Assembly: GCF_964355755.1 (NCBI RefSeq)
Contig: NC_092679.1
Span: 6,106,201-6,170,200 of the forward strand
From: Antedon mediterranea
Lineage: Eukaryota > Animalia > Echinodermata
Direction of reading: 5' to 3'
Length of the DNA: 64,000 nucleotides
The position numbers and the translations under genes were made by a program. Every line of letters starts with the position of its first letter. Positions within the stretch are counted from its first letter, which is position 1. This document shows positions 49,603 to 62,690 of the stretch, one piece after another. Under the pieces are notes generated by a model. The model was not told where the DNA came from, did not search any database, and was given only the letters and a program-made list of their open reading frames with translations.

Positions 49603-52600
49603 GTACTTACACGGTTACGGTAGGTATACTGCCTAAATTATTATTATTACTATGTGTAATCAAACTACTAGTTTAAATGTTCATTTTTAATCATAAATAT
49701 GGAATTTCTTGTGTACATATTATTGTGTGCGGGATTGTGTACCACAGCCTGTTTCATTCAAATATCCCAATACCACATTCTGTGAAAATGTGAACATTTT
49801 CCCAAAATCTCTTTTCTTGAAGTCCTAAAGGTTCCATTTGTTAACCTTTAAAAACACATTCAGAATACCAGACTTTCCAGAAAAGCAGACATAGTCAAGC
49901 CGACGGGTGTCCGGTATTGGGAGAATTGACTGTATAAAGCTCTGTCTACACTGTCAAACTTTATGTGACAAGAAAAATGTGATGTGCCCATATATGGATA
50001 TGATGATGTCATATCGCTACCATATTTGGATATATCACTACCATATTTGGACACATCACACCTTTTTTGTCAAACTCGTTCGATAGTGTAGACAGAGACC
50101 AAAGTTTAATATGTACTTTAGTTTAAAATTCGATAAATGCTAGAGGGCAGCCTAATTACCGCGTGATTACGTAATAGATAGGAAGAACATAGAAATCAAA
50201 ACAACTACCGTCTATACAACCAGCACAGACGACTGGCAGCAAAACGGCGAAAAGAAATAGCTTGATCGATGGGATAAGATTTACAATTACGAATAACTTT
50301 ACATTTTGTTATGTATTTATTGTTGGAATCTATTATAATACAAATTAAGGTACGTAATATATTAACCAAACAATTACTATTTTGGATATCCTTGCGTTAG
50401 GCCAGCAGGCGGATAGCTTCGTGTTTGTTGTGTTGAGTGTGAAAAACGCACTGATCACCAGGCATAAAGTTTCCTCACGGCAACCTTTTAGACCTTCGGC
50501 TCGTACGTGAAGAAGACGACCGAGGTGAATCTACATTATTTTAATTATATGTGGGAATTTATAGTGCTATATTTCTCCATACTGTACACTAAAAAAAATA
50601 ATACTGTACTTCATTTTAAAAAATACTGTAAAGTAGGCCTAATAGGCCTAATAGTAATTTGTATTTATTTTAAAGTTTTTTAAAGAATAGGCCTAAATGT
50701 AGTATAGGATCATGGAAGAAGAACTATAAATTGGCTCCACTGTGGGATTAATTATCTTAAGCATGGTTAAAATGAATATTTAATGAGCTTATAAGACTAT
50801 CTTCTTAATTAAACCTATTGTACAGTACTGCTAATGGGTGTCCTGCACTTGCATGGAAATGAAATAATTAAATGTCTTTCTTGATTTATTTTAAATATTT
50901 ATTGTAAAGCTAAAGATAATGTATTGTCCCCCAAAACATGAAAAATGAAGATTAATAAAATCAGACTTTTTTAATAGGCCATTTTATAGTTTTAATAAAG
51001 TAATAACTTCCATAGAAAAAAAAAGATGTTTTCACTTATAAAAAGACAAAATAAACAGTTAAGATAAATTCAACCCATTTGACATTTTTTTGCTTTAAAT
51101 TACAGTTTTTCAGGTAATTTTTAGTAAAGAAAGTGAATAACTATTGTGGGACATTAAAATGGCATATTCAACAAAATACATTATTTATTCAGGGGGGTAA
51201 TATATCTTTAAACTAAAACACAGATATATAATATAAATATTTCAAACTGTTTTCCCCTGGAAATGAGTGAGGTCGAACTTTTCACAAGATAAAATTTTTC
51301 ATTTGTTGTCAAAGATTGAATTTGCATTTTCCTTTCTGTTGTCAATGAGATAAGATGAATGAAAATTACATTTTTTTCTTATCCAATCCTTGTCTGAACA
51401 AATAATTTTGTCTAGAAAATAAGTAGACATATCAATTTGTTTTTCATTCAAAAATAGTAAAAATAATTGTAATAAAGAATATTGATTATTAAATATCTGC
51501 GAAATGCAGTAAATAATTTAATTGATGCATCAAGTCTTGACCTTCGTTTGACCTTCATCATGACCTTCACTGTACCTTGAAATAAAGTTCAATTATTTTA
51601 TCATAGTTCTCCAAAATCATTTATCATTTGAATATTAATCATTATTTTTGTGTTCAGTTTAAAATATTAACTACAGTACAAGAGATATTATTTAAATATG
51701 ATTGCCAACCATGCACAATTTTAAGATTTAGGAAATTATATTGGTCCACTTAAAATGGAAATTCGCTTGGCATAATTAAAACAATAAAAGTACAATAAAA
51801 AGATATTACAGTACATCCAAAAAATTGCAAAAACACTATAATTGGCAATGTTAAAATGCTTGTAACAAATGTTAAATACTGCTAAAAACACAAATTTCAA
51901 AAATGCTATAGGCCAATGTTAACATACTGCTGGTAAAACTATTAAAAATTGTAAAAACTTTAAAAAAAAATTACAGTATAGAAATTACATTGCATACTGT
52001 AGATTTCACAGTAGATCTGTGAAGATCAAAATAAAAAATATTAACATATTTTAACTTCTTGAAAAAAAGTATGATGGTTCAATCTTAATTCAATATTTTT
52101 TAAGTGGTTCACTCTTTACAGTATGTGCTTTTTTTAAACTCTCATTCTACTGAGTTTAGTCCTTTTTGTTTCTTAAGCTTGTTTTCCTTCCAGTCGATCT
52201 TGAGTTGCGCTGATTTGACCTGATTCAACGATTTTACAGGAAAAGTGGGTAAAAATAAACGCTAAAAATCGTTAAAATCTACAATTGTTGAAGTTGAACC
52301 GAGTTCAACTTCAACGACGATGTTATTCACCTTTTTTTGTGCACTTTTAAGGTCTGATATTTCAAAATAACAAGTGTAAGTCAAACTAAACTAAAATACA
52401 ATTTAATTTTTGTCCTTAAAAAATAGATTTCAGCAAAAACCTAGGCTAGGTTTTAGCATCAAGACCAATTTTCACGTGGGTCTGGCTGCCAACCTTTCAG
52501 TTTACAATACTTCACATGTCCTAGCAATGCTCATTAGAATGTGTAAAGAAATCTAATTACTGCAGTAACTGCAGTAGAATAACTTTGATTTGATTCATTT

Positions 52601-55600
52601 TATTAAAATTCAGCAGCCACTTTTAGTTGAGTAACTTTAGAAAAAAAAGACCAATGCCACTTTTCTTTTAGCAAATTCTTTTGTAATTTTTTAATTAATT
52701 AAAGATGTATTGTCCTCCAAAAACATGAAAAATAAAGATGAATTAAATCAGACTTTGAATGTGTTATTTTGTAGTTTTAATAAAGTTAATCACTTCCGTA
52801 GAAAAAAAACCCGGAAAAAATAATGTTTTCACTTATAAAATGACAAAATAAACGGTTAAATTCAACCAAAAACCCATTGGCTGGCAGCCAATTTGCCCAT
52901 TTTTTGCTTTAAAGTACGTTTTTTTTTCAGGTAAATACATTTTTTTCGATCCAATTTTTGGTCAAAGTGGATAACTATTATGTTACATTAAAATGGCATA
53001 TTCAACAAAAAAATTGTTAAGAATTATTTTTTCAGGACAATATATCTTTAAACTCTAACTCCCTGCTTATACATTATCTCTAGTTAGTAGCCATATTTTG
53101 TTTATAATGTTGTTGTTTGAACAACTGCCAAAAATGCCCAATGTCATTCTGTGACCATTATTGTGCAAGGTTACATGAAATTAACAAGCAAGGTCAACCA
53201 AGGTCAAACTGACCAATGACCTTCTTTAATGCAAATGGTCATCATAGAATTGTTATTCATATTCAGTGTTTTATTCAGTAAGCAATGTATACGTGATACA
53301 GGTACATACCACTGCTATGGATTTATCTAAATTACTCATCAGGTATGTGTGTTGCTATAATGAAATTATACATTTATTTTTTCATACTATAATTTTGACC
53401 TTCATTTATTAATTGCAATAATTTTTACTTTAAAAGGCATCTTGCACCCTTTCCTATACGTGTACAGTCAGTAGTTTCTGTACCTCCAGTGAGTGCAGTG
53501 GCTGATATAGAGATAGGGCTTGTGGTTGATTCCCCTTCTCCAAAAAATTGGAGTATACCATACAGTAATTACTGTATGATCTCGCACCTTTGACAGCAAC
53601 ATAATCTTGGCATTTCTGAAAACAAGAACCTTCTAAACTAAACATACTTTTTATAGTAAGTTTAGTAGTTAAACTTTTGATCACAACACAATAAAGTGAA
53701 AAGAAGATTTTTTTTCTCTTTATTGTGTTGTGATAAAAAATATATACTCAACACAGATAAATCTTAACTCTAAAAAGACATATATTTGTCTGAATAAAGG
53801 TTAACAGTAGAATTAATTAGTCAATCCATTAATTACATAGCCCTTGTTCTGAAAATGAGAAAGTTTGTAAATGTGTTCCGAAGAAAATCTTAAATTATCA
53901 ATTATTTTATTTCAAGTACGTTACTTAAATTAAACTTATTACTGAGGTTTCTTTTTTAACAAACCATAAAATAAACTTGTTAGGCATCACATCCCTAACA
54001 AATTTCAGGGGAGAGGGCGTTTATTTTTTATTCTAAAAAAAAATGATGGTTGTAGACCATACTAACATAATTAATGAGGTTTGTATAATAAATTAATAAA
54101 GAATAACTTGATGTAGTATCTAAACCTAGTTTTTTTCTAGACTGCACTGTATTTATTAACAATAAACAATATTTTTCAGTGATTTACATTCGTCTTTTCT
54201 AATCCAATTTTCATCATAAATTGTAAAAACAAATCTAAGCCCAGTAGCAATTATGACATCATTAAGGATGTTTGTAAAATAGAAGTTTTGTACGGACATG
54301 TGATGAGAAGGTTGACTCGTACGTATAGTCTTTGACTGAATAGGGGTCTTTGAATGAGACGGTACTTCACATTGAACTACTTACTACTATGCGTTTCACT
54401 TGTGACAAGTACTGTAAATCTATATACGTACTGTAGGCACTACTTACTGACCATAGGGCAAGGATTGATACTACTGTAAGCTAAACATCTGCAATACAGT
54501 ATGTAGGTCAGCAGCAGATATTATTTACAGAGGTCAAATTAATCATAATTCTTTTAAAGCAATCAACAGGTTATCTCTATATTGACATCATCATGAATTT
54601 GGATTATTCTTAAGTTGGATTAGTTAGGTATCCTCCGGTTTTTGTGCTGACAACTTAGCACTTCTTTTGCTGCGAGAAACGTAGAATAATATCTCAAGTC
54701 CAGTTTCTTGTCACCAGAAACATTCAAATAATCAATTACATACAGAGAAAAATTTCATTTTAAAATTTTGTTTAGCAATTATTGCTAATCAAACTGATTT
54801 GATCTTTTTTGCTACACAATTTTAGAAATGTGTAGCAATAAGGTTGTTTTGTATAGCTTTTTGCTATGCTACACTGGCGAAATTATTCCCTGACATATCT
54901 TTCAATATTTTTATTATCTTGTATTTTATAATATATTGTACTGTACAGTAGGCTAGGAAGGATACTGTACAGTATAAATTTGTATTAATGAGTTGTGAAG
55001 AGACGTGACTTTAATGGTCTGGCATGCAAGCTTTATCTCACCTATTTCTCCACTTTTATTTTATAACACTGTAAAAAATAAAATAACAATGTCCCATTCC
55101 CTATTTTTTAGATCTAATTTAAGGTCACAAATTACATTTAATGTCAAAATAACTACTACTGTATATGGTCCTATTGAGATAACTTTTTTCGTCTTTATTA
55201 AACGGTTAAAAATGTAAAAAATAAGTTGATTCTAATAATGTATGCAGCCTGCTATAAATCCCAACATGCATCGCACACGGATTGATATTTTCATCTTGTG
55301 ATGTGATGCACCCACTTCGACCGATCGCATGAATTCAGCAACAATCAGGCTCGGCCCATAGCTAGCATACGATGTCGTACGTCACCGCTCTTTATCAGCC
55401 AGACCTACAAAACTAAGCCTAAACTAGGCCTAGACACGTCTATGAGAGAACTTTCGATGCAAGTTACTTAGGTAGTGCATTGTTTATGTCTTAATTAATT
55501 CAATTCAATTCAATTCAGATAATATTTATTTAGATAATAATGAATGAATATATACAAAATAGAAAAAAGATATTAAAGTGAACATAGATAAAGCAGTAAT

Positions 55601-57577
55601 TGGTAGTCATTATTATCATGGATCCCTTCTAGAAGTTAAAAAACTTGTCTCGTAGGGACCCACAACAAAACACATTACTAAAAAAATAAAAATAACCTAG
55701 AATATATAATTATATAATTTAGGATAAAAAATTACAGTATAATAACATAACTAACATCTTAACGTACATTTAAGAAAGGAAATGACCTGGTTTAATGTTT
55801 TTAAAGTTATTTTATAAATTATATGCATTATTAAATGTCAAAAATTGCAGGTCTAGAATAGAAACACCAACAAAAAAAGTTCTAGTTTCTGGTGCTTACA
55901 CTTATAATAATAATTTTATAAATTATAGACCATATATCAATTAATACAATTTAGAAATATGAATAAGATACTGTACTAAAGAAATTTTTATAAAAACGGT
56001 AACCATATTGTTACTTTATTTTGGGGTTAAAAAGTTTGAACACATGTTATGTGTCTATCGTGGTTATTGCTAGCCCTTACCTACTTCATCAACTGATAAC
56101 AAGTAAAGAGACCAGTCTATCTGTCACCCAAATTGATGAACTTAATATGTTATCAATCTATATTTGTAAGACCAGATCTGTCCCAATAATTATAGTCTAT
56201 TTTTTGCATAGCAGCTAGTGTGTACAGTAATATCAGTTTGAAAGCCCTAAAATTGATCTGAAGATGTCTCCCAGTTTCTAACCCTGAATTCTGTAGCCTG
56301 AACCTAATTAGGGGATGCCTATGATCCCTTTGATAGAGGTGTCCACCTTTGATAAAGATTAATGGTGATGTTAAAGTTGTTTCTCCTTTACTCATTTCGC
56401 TTAATATGGGTGTCCTCTGAACAAGGGTTATTCGTATGTAAACATTTATCTTTGTACATGTCATAGGAAAGGAAAGCATCCCGATAATAAAGTGTCCCTT
56501 TGAATAAAGGTGCCTTCAATAAGAGGTTTTATTGTACTTTTCCTTTCCCCTGACTGTAAATTTAACTGTAAGAATTTTAACATTTGAGACATGTATTCTC
56601 TTGTGTTGTTATCTATTTTGTGTGTTTATTTAGTGAAATTATTTAGGTTAGTACGGAGACAGGTGTTTTACACCATGCATTTCCACAAAAAAATATTTAC
56701 CTGAAAAAACTGTAATTAAGCACAAAATTATAATAGTTTTGGTCCTCTCTCCTTCATCTTTTTTTTTGTGTAATGTATTATACCATATGGACAATTGTCT
56801 GAAATAAAAGTTGAATTGAATTGAGTAGTCAAATTGGCTGCCAGCCAATGTGTTTTGGTTGAATTTAACAATTTTTTTTTTTGTGAAAGTAAAAACATTT
56901 GTTTTCCGGTTTTTTTTTTCTGCGGAAGTGATTAACTTTATTAAAAGCAAAATAGCCCATTCAAAATCTGACTTAGTAATCTTCATTTTTCATGTTTTGT
57001 GAAGACAATACATCTTTAAATAATAATTTTGGTTAAAACCAACACAAGACAATTTTCGAACATTTTGTTCAGTCTAGTATTCTGATTGATCAGAACATTA
57101 ACAGTCGGTTTGCTGTACTCTACTACAGTTCTAAATGATTTATTTGATGTTTCGGGAAAGCACCCACTCAGCTGTACGGTACCATGTAGAATTCTATTCA
57201 TTCATCAGTGGAAAATTATTGCTCTGAGATATACAAAAACAGATAAATGAAAAACTAACAAAAACAATTACAAAGTGTCACATCACTCTCGTACGGTATA
57301 TATACTGACAAACATTCAGTGCCCGAATGGCAGCTGGATAAAAGCTGTTACGAAACCTATTTGTACGTCTACCGCTACAAAAATTGATATTGTATTATAT
57401 CTATAGTACAGGTATTTCTTGCCATGCTAAAAAAATAAATAATAAAGATTTGTCAAAGACGAGGTGGAATATATGAAGGAGTGATATAAATAGACGATGA
57501 CATAATTAGAGCTTTTGCAGTATGTCAAAGGGTACAAAATCTTAGAAGTTGATTAAGGTATCTCTATTGAGATATTA

Positions 57578-58042
57578 AGCCGAAGGCTAGAGGGTGCACT
57601 TCAGACTGAAAAGTGATTCCAACAGGAGAGGAACCAACAAGATGGCGGCCGTAAATGTGTTCAAAAACATTATTTAATATAAAAAATAATAATCTAATAT
57701 AATACATTAAGACCACATAAATTACAACACATATTCTTGCCAAAGCACAGTGAAGTTTTTATCAAATTAAATATAATTATTGTTTATCGCAATGGAATTA
57801 ATAATTTCTTTGTAATATAGCATTTTTTGTATACGAGGATCATATAAAATGCGTTCGCGTTTATACGCTTAACGCGCTGCGTTGCGTATCGTTCTCACGC
57901 AGATAGGCTCAACACAGGCGTAGTAGTGCATAGGGCATATCTGATTGGTCAATTGCAGCCACCATCTTGTTGGTTCTCTCTACCATGGAGAATCACTTTT
58001 GAACTGCGATAACATTGAAAGATTGCCATCTAGCCTTCGGCT
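57578..58042. mobile_element. MITE with long imperfect TIRs and a 4-bp ATTA TSD (superfamily uncertain: Sola/Kolobok-like)
   Basis: ATTA-AGCCGAAGGCTAGA ... TCTAGCCTTCGGCT-ATTA; subterminal inverted AAAAGTGATTC and AACCAACAAGATGG. Confidence 0.75.
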
Positions 58043-58113
58043 ATTACATATCACTGGGTATCTCCCACATCCTTCCTTGTATTCTATTGTAAACTGTACA
58101 TCATGATATTATT

Positions 58114-58610
58114 AGGGAGGTTTCGCAACCTTACGAATACGATAACGAAAACGGATACGTCATACATTTGTGAAACTTTTGAGCTGATCCCCATTTCATA
58201 TTCGTAAAGCGTATTCGTGTTGACGAATATCACTCAGTCATATTCGTAACTACAAAACAAGTATAGTTTTTGATCTATTTGCACATTTTGCATTTGAATC
58301 AGGAATGATTCATGATTATAATATAATTATAGATTTATTGAAAGTAATTTACTAAAGTAATTTACTAAAATGCCAAGTCAATTTTGATAATAGCAGTTTT
58401 TAAAGTCCTCACTCGCTTTGATGTTACGTTAAGCCTAGGCAGCCAAGCACCAATCAACACGTACCTGTGCTTCGCTCAAATTTACCGCAGTCATATTTTG
58501 GACGCGCCTCAAATATTTTGTTGCCATGCGAAACAGATTTTTTTATGGCTTACGAAAACGAATACGTATCCGTTTTCGTTATCGTATTCGTAAGATTGCG
58601 AAACCTCTCT
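58114..58610. mobile_element. MITE with ~55-bp TIRs (PIF/ISL2EU-group-like)
   Basis: AGGGAGGTTTCGCAACCTTACGAATACGATAACGAAAACGGATACGT ... ACGTATCCGTTTTCGTTATCGTATTCGTAAGATTGCGAAACCTCTCT. Confidence 0.8.
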
Positions 58611-58975
58611 AATATCTAATATTTACTGTCCCATTACAGTACTTCGCTTTTTTCTAAAAGTGTAGAGTAAGTTTTTAAAAGTTGAAACTATACAGTGTAA
58701 GTTAGTAATCTAGAAACAAGAGAGGAATATTTTATGTTATGTTTATTTTATTTTTAGTGCATGTTTTTTGTTCGCATGACAAATATGCCAAAATAGAAAG
58801 GGGAATATATGTGGGAAAAACCAACCAATACTGTACATATTGTAGGCGCAATAAAGTATAGAAAAATGTTGCATGTCATCCGTAAATTCAAATTCAAGTT
58901 CAACATTTATTTCTTCAAATTCCATACAAATAATACAGAGTGTATAGAATAAGTGATTTACACAGGTTTGCTTAA

Positions 58976-59610
58976 AGACACCTTCCCTATGTTGTTTAGA
59001 TCTAATTTAAGATCACAAACTATATTTAATGTAAAAATAATACTATATGGTCCTATTGCGATAACTTTTCTTTAAAGGGTTAAAAATGCGAAAAATAAGT
59101 CGATTCTAATAATTACAGTATAGCGGCCCGCTATAAATCCCAAAATGCATTGGGCGCGGATTGATATTTTGTTTTTCTTCTGTAATTCACCAACTTTTCA
59201 ATCAATCGTGAGGCCAAAACAAATGGAAGACTCCTATTCTTTTCAGCGAAAATACCGGGTTTTCACCAATTTGTATCAACAGAGTCTGGCAAAAATAGAA
59301 AGACAATTAATACAGAAACTATACAACGTTAGGCTAGGTATATAACTAGCGTCCGATGTTCGTACGTTACCGATGTTTACCAGCTAGGCCTACAAAACTA
59401 CGGTAAGCATAGCTATGCTAGGCCTAAAGACCGTCCATGAATGGTCATTCGCCGCAAGCTACTTAGGTGGTGCATTGTTTCTCACTTTTTATTATAATTT
59501 ACCATAAAACGTACATTTAAGACAAGGAATGACCTGGTTTAATGTTTTTAAATTAATATATATATATTGTATTATTTTTACAAACGTCACAAATTGTAGG
59601 GAAGGTGTCT
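58976..59610. mobile_element. Kolobok-like MITE family K2; older interrupted copy at ~55090-55850
   Basis: TTAA-AGACACCTTCCCTA ... TAGGGAAGGTGTCT-TTAC; interior colinear with 55090-55490 and 55760-55850. Confidence 0.75.
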
Positions 59611-61629
59611 TTACGTCCTAAAACCTTTTAAAAAAAAAGGCGCAACAGAAAAAATCAATTTTTTTGTACACTGTTTCAAATTTCAATACATGTTTGTCAA
59701 CAACCTGATTTTTTGTTTTGAATTTTTTTTCTTTATTTGCTACTGATACAGTAGGAAGTTGTATGAATAGGTAAGAACAGGCTTCTATAGGTTTTGTTGG
59801 CAAGTATTCAATATTGTTATTGTTATTATACAAAGGCTAGTAATTAATTTATGAGAATACATACTGTATTATTGATGAGTCATACGAATCTCCTTAAACT
59901 TTTGAAAATATTACCGGTAGGACTAATGACAGAGACATCTCCTACAATCAAAAAAATGCAAAGTCATTACATGTGTTTAATAGTTAGCAACCAAAATGAT
60001 TTATTCTTTGTTCGTATGAAAGCAATGGTCTAACGATGATTGCCTTAAAAAACAGACATTCTCACAAATAATAAGTTTTAGACGCAATATAGCAAGTAGT
60101 ATTCCTAAAAAGAAAAACATACATGGCTATATACTTCAGTTGAAATCTCTTTGGAAAAATTGAAACGCCCGCTAGTGGCGCAACGATACTTACAGTAGAG
60201 AGTACTTGTGGAAAGTATAGGTTTATATATTTTGTAGAATTACCAATATTACCCAATAACCCTTCTGAATCATGTATTGTCCCTGGTTCATTCTACGGCA
60301 AAGTGTCTCCTAATTGAATGGGTGTTTTTAACCGGTTATTTTGCACTGCCTCTTCTTAACCGGTTGCCACAAAATTGTGCTGTTTCTTCTCCCAAAAATG
60401 TGGAGTTTATTTATTCACTCTGTTTTTAACCAGCTATTTTTAGGCAGCAGAAACAGGACCATTGATAATGTCTTTGATTAGATTATTCGTTAATTCTACC
60501 TGTAAAAATAAATGGATTGTAGACATGTGCAATCATAATTCTACCATAAATCCTTGGTAACTATTACCGCCTTTGATGTTTCCTTAGTTGACCTTTCCAT
60601 ATTTATAATTGACCTTCTATTTAATAATATCTTAAAAATTGTCATTGTGTAAACATGGAGGAAAAAAATAAATAATATTTTTTCCTCCATGGTGTAAACA
60701 ACCTTTACTTTTACAATGTGTACATTGGCTAAAACCTGAATGTTTGTCACAAATGACATTTGCTTTGAATTTAGAAAATAATTATAAAAAATCAGTATAA
60801 ACAATCAGTATAAATATCAGTATAAAAAATACATACAAAGGGATAACATTAACTACAGACATTTAAAAGAAGACATAACAAATACTTTCTTTCCTAGGAG
60901 CATTTATTTTACATAGGCCATTGGCCCGAATACATAAATTTTAACAATAAAATAAACTTATGTGTACGTTATATAATCAACATAAAAAGCTAACTTAATG
61001 TACATAAGTAGCTTATTTTCATCTTCGTATAATATACATAAATATAAGGTGTATAGGAATGTGGAGAATATTGTTAAAGATTGTTAAATCTTTTAACAAA
61101 TGCACATTATTCTTGCCGAATACCAAACATTAAATACTTAATTTATAATACTACACTGATTATAAAGTAAACTTTTATCCAATTAAACCACTTCAATTCA
61201 ATTCATTGATTTCGACCAAAATCAAACATTAACATTAGTACATAGACTAATCAAATATAAAAAAAAAAGTATCATTTGGGTTGAGGAACGACATATAGAC
61301 TCAAACAAGTCTGTCAATGTTGTCCCTCATCATATGATAAGTACACAGTACAAGTACACATAGACAAAAGTTGACGCGTTCAGTGCCATGGATACTCTGG
61401 CACAAGTCCGTAGCCACTGAACAATGCAAGATTTTAAAAAAAAATCAAGAAATTAAGTAGGTAGACCTAATATGGAATCTTGATTTTGTTACAGTATTTT
61501 TGTTTTTTTACTTATTGTTTTTGCTAATTTTAAGAGCTTCGGCTCATTGCATAATCCATTTTGTATTAAATACCATGTTTTCCATTCATTATAATTATTT
61601 AATTTACACTTATAGAATTTTTCATTGAA

Positions 61630-61684
61630 GTCTCCTGATGAGTGAGTTGCACGACTCACGAAACAGGAATGTACAGGTAGAGAC
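61630..61684 (+). ncRNA. Type I hammerhead ribozyme motif, probably in a Penelope-like terminal repeat (~61530-61725)
   Basis: GTCTC-CTGATGA-GTGAGT-TGCACG-ACTCAC-GAAA-C-(AGGAATGTACAG)-G-TA-GAGAC: perfect stems I and II, canonical core, GUA cleavage triplet. Confidence 0.82.
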
Positions 61685-62690
61685 CAAACTGTAGTTTTTT
61701 TCTTTTCCCAGACTCAATGTATATATACTGCAATTAATTAAATTTCAGTATATCACCGGGGAGTTTAAAATAAATGTTCTTTGCTAAAGTGTTTATATAT
61801 ATGTATATATCAGGTTTTTGTTTATTTTATTTTCAGATAGAGTAAAATATTGTAATTTTCAATAAAGAGTATTTTTTGAATGCCTATTGTTAGTTGATGA
61901 GTACTGCTTAAACTGCAGGCTTGTGTGACGTCAATGTATTGTACTAAGCTATGATTAGGTGATTATCACAAGCAAAGGATAATGAAGGTCTGATGAGATT
62001 GTAGTATTATCATAAGATGCATTGTTTCTCTATCGAAATATAGAAGCCAGACTAAATTCACTCAATTTCTTAAATAAAAATATTTATATACATTTTTTAT
62101 TAAAGAAAAATACAACAAACAAAATATTCAAAATATATGTTTTGGTAAATTGTTTTTTTTTTTAGTAATAGTAGTAGGCCAAGTGCAGTACATTTTAATC
62201 AGTGGTGTAATGACTGAGAGCGCTTACTGGCTAAACCCAAGGGCACAGAGCATGATCAAGTACCCAGCATTGTATGGCCCGTAGAGTGCTAAACCAGGGG
62301 CGTTGCACTCTGCATTACGTAACTGATTTTAATGCTCATGTTACTGTAGACTGGCTCAACTGGCAGCCTTTATAAAGTCTACTAAACCATTTTCAAGATA
62401 CAGATTTGGTTATGATTATATTCATTTACATACAGTTGTTGTATAGACTATTATAGTATTAGTACTGTGCATCAGCATAGAATCCTATTCCTAAATTGGA
62501 AATGCATGAATCAGGCCAAAATTATAAAAAGCTATTTTTGGACTCTTAAAAAAAACCTGAAAAAATAGTTGGTTTAAACTTTGTTTATTAATGTCATAAT
62601 AGTTTCACTTCACCAAAAAACTGTAAATTAAAGTGAAATAGTGAAATTGTCAGTTAGAAAATGGGTTGTCATAGTAGTATTGTTTGGTCT

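Noticed and set aside
57140-57175. Minus-strand CTGAGT-GGG...CCC-GAAAC, hammerhead-like
   Set aside because: The core deviates from CUGANGA and there is no stem I
61985-62050. Possible hammerhead CTGATGA-GAT...ATC-GAAATATA
   Set aside because: Stem II is only 3 bp and stem I cannot form (AAGGT versus GAAGC)
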